A DNA stretch of 34,341 bases from Callorhinchus milii. Lineage: Eukaryota. This document shows, one piece after another, positions 1 to 9,089 of the stretch (the first letter of the stretch is position 1; each line of letters starts with the position of its first letter). The notes beneath the pieces were generated by a model that saw only the letters and a list, made by a program, of their open reading frames with translations, did no database searches and was not told the origin of the DNA. Position numbers and translations under genes: made by a program. The DNA lies in the NCBI RefSeq assembly GCF_018977255.1, contig NW_024705565.1, positions 1 to 34,341 on the forward strand. Reading direction: 5' to 3'.

Positions 1-675
1 AATCGGTGCTCCGGGTGGATGTGCCATCCGGACCGGACGGAATGCATTCTTGTTTACTGAAACAAATAAGGGTGGAAATAACGGATTCTCTGGGCAAAAT
101 ATCTCAATTTTCTTTGAACACCGGCGTGCTGCCAGAGGACGGAAGGGACGCAACTGATAGTCCCCAGTCCATAAACTGGCAGAAGGATTAACCAGGTAAC
201 TGGAGGCCAGTCATAAGCTCTTCAGTTGTTGGGCAACTTCGAGAGATGACAATCTTCCAGAGACAAAATACATATTCACTTAGAAATATATGGTTTAATA
301 AACAACAGCCAACACGGTCTAACAAAGCGGATATATTATTATGAAGTAACGAAGAGGGTGGAGGAAGCTTACACAGATCGTGCAGTTTACACAGAATTTC
401 AAATGGCTTATAATAAAGTGCTATATAAGACACTTGTAAAAGAACAGAAGACCACGATTTTAAAGGGACGGTGGCAGCATGGAAAGAGAATTGTCTCGGA
501 TAACGAAAGCGGAGATTGGTGGTGAACGGTTGTTTTTTCTGTGAAGAGGGAATTCTGCAATGCTGTCCCCCAGTGATGTGTATTGGGACCACTGCTGTTT
601 TTGATCCCTATATATCAAATTTCCATTGTAGTAAGACAACGTTAACGAATAGTATATCTGGAGATAATGCACCAT
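1..675 (+). mobile_element. Degenerate CR1 LINE ORF2 (RT-region) relic
   Basis: Translation SGPDGMHSCLLKQIRVEITDSLGKISQFSLNTGVLPEDGRDA resembles the CR1 ORF2 motif SPGPDGxHPRVLKE...SLxxGxVPEDWR; stops and frameshifts follow. Confidence 0.8.
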
Positions 676-1167
676 AGGGAGTCAGAAGCTTGAAGCAGGG
701 AGTGTTGATTCTTTGAAACACGGATCACATAGTTTTCTCTTATGAAATAACATTACGTGATTTGGCACAGAGTGAGATTGCACAATAGATTCACCCACTG
801 TCATAGTTTAGGACAATATTGGTTTCACTCTCACTGTGTAAGAACAATTCTTTTTGGTGGATATTGTGCCAGGACAAGACCAACGCTTTCTTTATATCCA
901 ACCCACGGGCCTAGTAACGAAACCCGTCTTATAACATTGACCTCAGCCACCATTCATGCTCTCTGATCAGAACCCACAACCACAGTCATTTACTCAACAT
1001 GTAACTGGCCTGACTCAGACACAGGCTCACCCTGACCACTACACGTGTTAGATTTCATTCCAGCTTTCTGTTGTTCAACACGTCACCTTAACGCTGGCTC
1101 AGGCCCCATGAGATCATGCCAACCTCCCCCAAGGAATCCAGTCAGCAGTTCGTGGCAGAAGAGGAAC

Positions 1168-1232
1168 ATTGGTATTTCACAATCATTTGTGCAAATATCT
1201 TATTCCCAGTGGAGACAGTTCTGGGATATAAA
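1168..1232 (+). promoter_or_regulatory. Putative core promoter of GPCR copy 1 (reverse CCAAT box and TATA box)
   Basis: ATTGG at ~1168 and TATAAA at 1227-1232, about 55 nt before the ATG; both retained in copy 2. Confidence 0.55.
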
Positions 1233-1285
1233 GACTGGCAGCTTTGAGTGTCCAGCACTGACAGCCTATCCGCTGGTGATACACA

Positions 1286-1385
1286 ATGTTGAAGGCTATA
1301 GCCTTCTTTCCGTGGCAGTATCTGCCAACACTTTTTCGGATAATGATAGTTTATTATCCTATTCTTGCAGCTATTGCTATTGCAG
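1286..1385 (+). pseudogene. GPR139-like GPCR copy 1, coding exon 1 (N-terminus and first half of TM1)
   Basis: ATG at 1286 gives MLKAIAFFPWQYLPTLFRIMIVYYPILAAIAIA, then a phase-1 donor CAG|GTAATT; not in the ORF track. Confidence 0.8.
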
Positions 1386-2719
1386 GTAATTAGTTAGATA
1401 CAAATTTCACTTGTATCCCGATGTACCACAAGTTTGCACATGGCACACACATCTATTTCTACTTCTCCAGCTGTGACTTCTGTTCCGCTGATGTCTTTTT
1501 TGATGTCTCTATAAAGATAAGATATTGTCGTTTGCTGAACCCTCTCCACTCTCGCTGTGAGACTGATAGTGTGTCTCTTCTTCTTTGAGGGTCTGCTCGT
1601 TACTACGTGTGTTACAATGGTGACCGTAGGTACAGTCCTAAAAGAATATCTTTCGGTCTGATCTGACGGTCGCTCAAAAGGGTGTGAGTTGGAGACATTG
1701 AGCCTCCAGTGTTTCAGGACACATTGGCTGTAAGAATGTCTGGCGGTGAGGAAGGATTGATCAGATGAGCGAGCCAATTCTGTCAGTAGGTTGAGAGACA
1801 GAGGTATGCCAGGGCAGGGAATGGTTTGCAAATATTTTGAGTATCTTTATATCAATGTGTTTTCTGGAAAGGAGGCAGGGAATCCTGGCGAGGACTGGAG
1901 TGATGGAAGTGCGGAGATTGTGTGAGAGTGGACATGTTTGGAATTGTTTTCAATGAGTTGGATGTTGTGAATGGAGGGAGTTGGGGTGACCAGTGTGAAA
2001 AATAAGGAATCTCTAAATTTTCGATGTCTGACTATAAATAGATAGATTAAGCCCTCTATTTGTTTTGACGTTATTGCCAATTATGCTGTTCGTGAGGCGA
2101 ATTCTTTTCACATTTATACAGTGGAATTTTTAACGCCATCTTCAATTAGTCGAGGTGAATTTACGTATGTAAATGTTACGTATGTTCTCATCTGCAGGAA
2201 CACATGTTGATACTAAATATGGTCCACATCTTCAAATTTATATTCAATGGTTATACTTGACAATGTCCTGTCAGAATGTAACATGATTGTAACCAGAGAA
2301 GAGCAATAAATATTTGAGGATACAAACTTTATTTGGTGTATACATGGCCAGGAAATTTGGAGAGAGTTCATTCTAATTTCTGGTAGTGTCACAGGAGATC
2401 TTTCATGTCCAACAGAACAGGCGACAGACAGGGAATTTGGTTGAAATTCTTACATATGACTCGGTTTTCTTTCGTCTGTAGTTCATTGGTTAAATCATAT
2501 CTGTAGCTCATTGGTTACCGAAATCGCCTGTTAAGCGAGATACCTGTGTTTGATCATTTCAATATTCCTTATTAATGCTTTGAATTTTTTTTTTAAATGG
2601 GCCCATCAATCCATGAGTATTGATGGGAAACTGCTGCGTGAATGAACTTTGAGCAAAATACCATCAACTTACGCAGCGCACAGGTAAATATGTTTGTTTG
2701 CTGTTCCATTTTCTCACAG

Positions 2720-3619
2720 CGAATCTGTTGGCCATTGTGGTCCTGTCCCGGGGAAAGTGTGGGCTCTCAAAATGTATCAACCCTCTACATGGTGGCCATG
2801 GCAGTGGCCGATCTCCTGTTCGCCATCAACGATGTGGTTTTGAACCAGATACATTCTCTTTATTTCAATCACACATTTCTGGACATCACTCCCGTGTGTT
2901 CACTCAGATTGGTGCTGATGTCGACGGTGAAACATATGTCAGTCTGGTTCACAGTGGCTTTCACCTTTGATCGCTTGGTCGCCATCTGTTGGGTGAAACT
3001 GAAAACAAGTTATTGCACCGAGAGAACAGCAGCCGTGGTTGTAGGAGTGATTTCTTCTCTGAGCTGTTTCATCAGCATTCCCTGGTACTTTATGTATGAG
3101 CCCAGAGAGATACTGAACAAAGTGCCTTGGTATTGCAAGTTCAAAGCGGTTTACTACACCTCTCCCACATGGATTGTATTTCACTGGTTTGTCACAATAA
3201 TAACCCCGTTTGTTCCATTCTTTCTGATTTTGCTGATGAACGTGGTGACAGTCAGACACATTTTAGCGGCCAACAGAATCCGCAGAAACCTCCTGCACCA
3301 GAAAAGTAATAGTGGCAATGATGCAGAGATGGAGAACCGAAGAAGATCCATCATCTTACTCTTCGCCATATCAGGCAGCTTCATCCTGTTGTGGCTGATG
3401 GAAGTTTTACATTTCATATTAATGCGATCGTTAAACAGTTATTACTATCTAAGTTACAGAGACCCAGTATTTGTTGTCGAACAAGTGAAAGACATTTTTA
3501 AACTTTTGAGTTGCTGCACAAACACCATCATTTACGCTTCAACACAATCTAAGTTCAGAGAGGATGTCAAATATCTCGTGATCTATCCGTTTAAACACAT
3601 ATTTAAACTATTTAAATAA
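2720..3619 (+). pseudogene. GPR139-like class A GPCR copy 1, exon 2, with +1 frameshift at 2779/2780 (pseudogene or assembly error)
   Basis: Acceptor ttctcacag|CG; ANLLAIVVLSRGKCGLSKCI then tgtatcAaccctc versus tgtattaccctc in copy 2; the downstream frame has FTFDRLVAIC, ENRRRSIILLF and SCCTNTIIY. Confidence 0.8.
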
Positions 3620-4984
3620 AGGTAAATGTGTGCCACACGGTGTAAATTTAGAAATGTTGACAACGAATCATAATTTAATGAGTCAACCGATAGACTGGCT
3701 TTGATTTCAATCTGTGCGCTGCAATAAAATAATCCTTGTAATCGATATAGAGCATTGCCACGCCATCTGAAAGTGTTTCTCAGCATATACTGTCAAGTAG
3801 ATTCCAGTTACCGGATGAATGCGGCTCCCTGGTTTTTAAGCATCCTTTTTGCACTGTGAACGTTCTTCCAGATTCTTTGAAATTATTATTATTATTATTT
3901 TGTTCCAGATTCCTTTAAAACTAGGCTCACCCAAAGTCAGCAATTACTATTTGCAGTTCAACTAGAAAATTGTATTAAGCATAAACTAATCATGCGCTCA
4001 AAAGTAACTAAAAAATGAATGAGAAGGAGAATCAAATAGGTGTTGATGAGGCAAGTTGAATTATTGACCAAAGTCATATGTTAAGAAGGTTAGATATGTA
4101 ACAGAGAGAGAGAGGGCGAGAGATGTGGATCAGTGGGGAAGAGGACATAGATGTGTAGTTTAAGTTGGGTTATTGGGTGAGGAGAAGATCGAGGTGGCTT
4201 CTAAAATATAAGAATTCAATCATGTATCCTTCTTTGGGTAACGTTGAAAGGAAGAAAATCAAGTGTTCTCTTCACGTTGGTATTTTTTAGTCAATGACAG
4301 AGGCTTCGAGGATTTTGCAAATTATGTGGCAAATAAAAGTTGGAATTTTGTCCTGCAGAATACTTGTATTAGCAGCTAAATTGTACACAGTTTCCTTTCT
4401 GTCTTTCGTTATTTGCTGAGTTACCTTATCAGTCAATAAACAAACCACATAATTTGAACACCGTAAATGTGTCATATTGCATTCTCTTGTTATTCGAAAG
4501 ATTGGCAGTTCAATTCGAGTCTGTAAGTATGTTGACCCCAGCGATGATGGAGTTAGGTATTGCTGTTATCAAACGCGTGGCAATCACTATCTGCTGATGG
4601 AGGAGTTGTGGGTGACTAAGTATGTGATTGATTAGAGAAATGCTCGCCTTCCTGACCCACTGCAGCAATGGCCGGTATTATTCCACTCTCCACACTGAGG
4701 CCTCCCAACCGCCGGGTCCTGCTGCTGCCACACGAGGAAGTTCAACAGAGAAATAGCGGAAGGTAGACGGTTGGAAATGGTATCTCGCCAAAACAGTTCA
4801 CTACAGGGACACATGCGGCCCGTGTGCCGCCATTTGGACATCGCTTTTGGAAAGTATCGAGACAACGTTTTGTGCAGATGATTGTGGCTGTCAAATTGCA
4901 GTGAAGTGAGCGTCCAATTTTTATTGATGGTGCTGTCAGCCAGGACACCAGGAGAAACTCACTTCTATTTTTGATACATGTTAT

Positions 4985-5815
4985 TGTGCAGAATATTGTC
5001 AAACAAATATATATACATGCAGACTTACCCACAACCACACAGAGAAGCACCGACTCATACACACCACTGCACAGAAAAACAGAAGTACAAACACAGACAG
5101 ATAAACACTCACAAACACACACAGATATGTAAAGTGGGAATGAAACACACAGACATATATGCAAACGTGGACACACACACAGACACTCACAGAACACTCA
5201 CACACGCACAGACACAAACACAGTCGCTCCGAAAAACAAGAAATTTGTACAGCGCCCTCCATTCCAGGTGTTGTCCCATTTACAAACGCACAGACAGAGA
5301 TACATAAGAAAGTGGGGAACTAGTCACGCCAAGCGTCTACAATCATGCTGGAAGGCAACGAAGATGTTTTCAGCAATAATAATAATCACAATAATAATAA
5401 TAATGCTGGCATTTGATATTGCGCTGTTCACGTCTTGCAGACGCCTCAAAGCGCATGTTTAGTCATATCCCTTCCCCTCCTTGAGGGGAGGTGACCAAAG
5501 TCTCCCTGGAGCTGATCTGGAGCTGTGCAACTCATGCGGAAATGGAGCGAGTCCTTCGTGATGGTCATTTGGGTGGACACTGTGATCCCGGGCTGTGTGT
5601 GTGTGTGTGTATGCGTCTGTGTGTGTGTCTGTCTGTGTCTCCGTCTGTGTGCGTGTACGTGCGTTTATGTCTCCGTCTATATGTGTCTATGTGTGTGTGA
5701 CCTTGTTTTTGAGGGTCTATGTGTGCGTATTTGTGTACGTGTTTCTGTGTATTTCTCTTTGTGTGTGTTTGCGGGTGTGTATGTGCGTCTCTGTGTGTGT
5801 TTCTGTGTGTCTAAG
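4985..5815. repeat. (CA)n-like and (TG)n-like low-complexity tracts with a SINE tail fragment
   Basis: CA-rich 5020-5220, TG-rich 5594-5812, reverse SINE tail at ~5375-5455. Confidence 0.8.
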
Positions 5816-6062
5816 CCCTGAGCTTCAGGAACCTTTTCATCGCCGCTTCACAGTGAATTCTGTAAAAACACTGTCACTAAACTACGCTGTGAAACGTGTT
5901 GAGACGTCTCAAAAATGTGATCATGAGTTGTTTCAAAAGAAGAATAGTGATAATTATTATTATTATTATAAGAAGGGTATTAAACCCGTGAACTCCCCTA
6001 ACCTTTAAAAGCCTAATTCCCAAATATAATCCCAAATATTTTATAATGAAAATAATAATGCT

Positions 6063-7822
6063 ATAGCCCCGCCCAAAAATACAGCTCCGCCCCCAAAATC
6101 AGCTCCGCCACCAACCCCAGCCCCGCCCCCAAATACACCACCGCCCCCAAATACAGCCCCGCCCAAAAATACAGCTCCGCCCCCAAACCCCAGCTCCGCC
6201 ACCAACCCCAGCCCCGCCCCCATACCCAGCCCCGCCCCCAAAACCCAGCTCCGCCCCAAACCCAGCCCCGCCTCCAACTCCAGCTCCGCCCCAAACCGAG
6301 CCCCGCCCCCACAACCAGCCCCGCCCCCAAAACTAAGCTCCGTCCCAAACCACAACTCCGCCCCAAACCCAGCACCGCCTCCAACCTCAACCGCGCTCCC
6401 AACTCCAGCTCCGCCCCCAAACCCCAGCTCCACCCCAAACCCAGCCCGGCCTCCAACCACGACCTGCCCCCAACCCCAGCTCTGCCCCCAAACTACAGCT
6501 CCGCTCCAAACCCAGACCCGCCTACAACCTCAACCCCGCCCCCAAACTCAACCCCGCCCATTACCCCAGCTCCGCCCCAAAACCCAGCTCCGCCCCAAAC
6601 CCAGCCCCGCCTCCAAACCCAGCTACGCCCCAAACCGAGAACCGCCCCCACACCCAGCTCCGCCCCCAAAACCCAACTCCGCCCCAAACCCAGCCCCGCC
6701 TCCAACCTCAACCGCGCTCCCAACTGCAGCTCCGCCCCCGAACCCCAGCTCCAACCCAATCCAGCCCGGCCTCCAACCACGACCTGCCCCCAACCACAGC
6801 TCCGCCACCAAACTACAGCTCCGCTCCAAACCCAGACCCGCCTCCAACCTCAACCCCGCACCCAAACACAACCCCGCCCATTACCCCAGCTCCGCCCCAA
6901 ACCCAGCCACGCACCCAAACAGAGCCGCGCCCCCAAACCACAGCTTCGCCCCAAACCACAGCTCCGCCCCAAACCCAGCCCCGCCTCGAAGCCCAGGCCC
7001 GTCAAAAACCTCAACGCCGCCCCCAACCCAAGCTACGCCCACAAATACAGCCCCGCCGCCAAAACCAGCTCCGACCCCACACCTCAGCTGCACCACAGCC
7101 CCGCCTCCAACCCCAGCCCCGCCCCAAATACAGCCACGCCCACAAACCCCAACTCCGAACACACACCTCAGCTCCACCCCAAACCGAGCCCCGCCTCCAA
7201 CACCAGCCGCGACCCAAATAGAGCCCCGCCTCAAACCACAGCTCCGCCCCAAATCCAGCCCCGCCTCCAAGCCCAGGCCCGCCCCCAACCTCAACCCCGC
7301 CCCCAATCCAAGCCACGCCCGCAAATACAGCCCCGCGGCTAAAACCAGCTCCGAACCCACACCTCAGCTCCACCCCAAACCCAGCCCCGCCTCCAACACC
7401 AGGCCCGCCCCCATTTACAGCCCCGCCCCCAAACCGCAGCTCCGCCCCAATCCTCAGCTCCGCCCCAAACCCAGCCCCGCCTCCAAGCCCAGGCCCGCAC
7501 CAACCTCAACCCCGCCTTCAACACCATCCCCGCCCCCAAATACAGCCCCGCCGCCAAAACCAGCTCCGAACTTACACCTCAGCTCCACCCCAAACCCAGC
7601 CCCGCCTCCAACCCCAGCCCCGCCCCCAAATACAGCCCCGCCCCCAAACCCCAGCACCGCCCCAAACCCCAGCTCCGCACCAAACCCAGCCCGCCTCCAA
7701 GCCCCGCACCAAACTCAACCCCGCCCCAACCCCAGCCACGCCCCCAAATACAGCCCCGCACCCAAATGCAGCCCCGCCGCAAAACCAGCTACGGCCCCAA
7801 CACCCAACCCCCACCCGCGCCC
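6063..7822. repeat. C-rich/G-rich minisatellite, ~17-19 bp unit (e.g. aaacccagccccgcccc / aaatacagctccgcccc), with higher-order repeats
   Basis: Continuous array; marker gacctgcccc recurs at 6461 and 6781, a period of ~320 bp. Confidence 0.95.
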
Positions 7823-8252
7823 CTATTTTTTGTCCTGTTTGAAGCAGAGCCTCCAGCGGCTGATTGACAGAGAGGTTGAGCAAAATAGAGAGAGAGAGCG
7901 TGAGAGAGAGAAGGGGACGGACAGAGTGTGTGCGAGAGGAAGAGAGTTAACGTATAGAAATCGGTGAATATATTTGGGATTAATGCAGATTTCCGAAGTC
8001 TGTGAAGGGCTTTGAGACGTCTGGCAGACGTGATGAGGAGCTGTGTGCAATGTAAGGATAATTATTTTCGAGATCAGAAGCTGAAAGTTTTGAAGCCTGA
8101 AGTTTATGGTTTGAAACGTGACTTAATGTAGACTTTTCTCTGTGCAAATTGGCTCCACAATCGCTCACAAACACAACCGTTGCTTCACGGTCGATCGCGA
8201 GAAAGGTTTGAGCCGTGAGCCCAGTGTGAAAGGTGTAATATAAACTATAAGC

Positions 8253-8258
8253 TTTATT
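8253..8258 (-). terminator. Putative polyadenylation signal (AATAAA) of the TRIM gene
   Basis: tttatt on the + strand about 85 nt past the TRIM stop codon. Confidence 0.5.
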
Positions 8259-8340
8259 GTATAGCGACACGGATTATAAAAGTTTCATGCTGGTGGCCAT
8301 CACAGCCAAACACAGTTAATGGCTGAGTGTTCCCTCCTCA

Positions 8341-8885
8341 TTAATATGTCACCCGGCAGATCCTCAGAGGTTCAGAGTTTTCACCACCGTGACCCCAACA
8401 GGGATTGAAGTAAGGATAAAGTTTCTCAGTGAAAGTCTGTGTGAAAGTGTGGAGATGAGACATGTTATCGGCGTTGTAAAAGGTCACCTCTCCCCCCTCA
8501 TAGTCCAGAAACACTCCCACCTTCCCGGGTCTCTCTCTCAGGGGCAGGCGGGTGGGAGGTGATGTACAAGCTTCATATTCATCCCCGTTTCTCAGCCACA
8601 CAGCCCAATATCCATCCTCTGGTGATAGTGTGATCAATCCTTTCCTGTTGACAGACTCTCTGGCCAGTCCCACATCCCAGTCTGTCTTGTTGGCCACCTG
8701 CACCTCCCAGTAATATCTCCCTGATGTGAAGCCCTTAGACCCCAGGACACAGCCACAGGGATCAAACCTCTTCGGGGAGTCCGGGAGCTGCTGCCGTGTG
8801 TCTCCGAGTCTCACGCTGGTCAGGTCCTCAGACAGGACGAAGTAGGGATGAGCTGTGTCAGGATCCAGAGTCAGAGAGGCCGGAG
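8341..8885 (-). CDS. TRIM gene coding exon 6 (PRY-SPRY/B30.2), 545 nt
   Basis: Acceptor ctctctcag|CT; motifs [41 protein letters not shown] and [11 protein letters not shown] stop. Confidence 0.95.
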
Positions 8886-9055
8886 CTGAGAGAGAGTGAA
8901 ACAACACTCAGTGAAGAGAGGGGACGTCTGTGAGCTCAGACTGTGTGTGAACACATCTACACCCGGGGACAGAATGCAGCTCAAAGTTTCACAGTATGTC
9001 TGGGTGGGGGGAGAGGGGTGAGTGCAAGGTTGTGTGTGTGGGTGTGTATGAAGGC

Positions 9056-9089
<34 letters not shown>

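Larger units (their letters stand above)
676..5365 (+). repeat. Segmental duplication, copy A (paralog at ~23583-28270)
   Basis: Colinear near-identity from tagggagtcagaagct through promoter, both exons, intron and 3' flank to gccaagcg...ggaaggcaa. Confidence 0.95.

Noticed and set aside
1394..1831. Antisense ORF in the GPCR intron, also open in copy 2 (24305-24844)
   Set aside because: No recognisable domain or proper ATG; retention is explained by the recent duplication
2642..2719. Possible alternative first exon (ATG...cacag|gtaaat) just before GPCR exon 2
   Set aside because: The implied intron would be under 40 nt and it encodes no TM1 half; the exon at 1286-1385 fits in phase and content
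6041..7883. Gly/Ala-rich ORFs resembling structural proteins (keratin- or silk-like)
   Set aside because: They are open in several overlapping frames, a by-product of a stop-poor G-rich minisatellite; no signal peptide or gene structure
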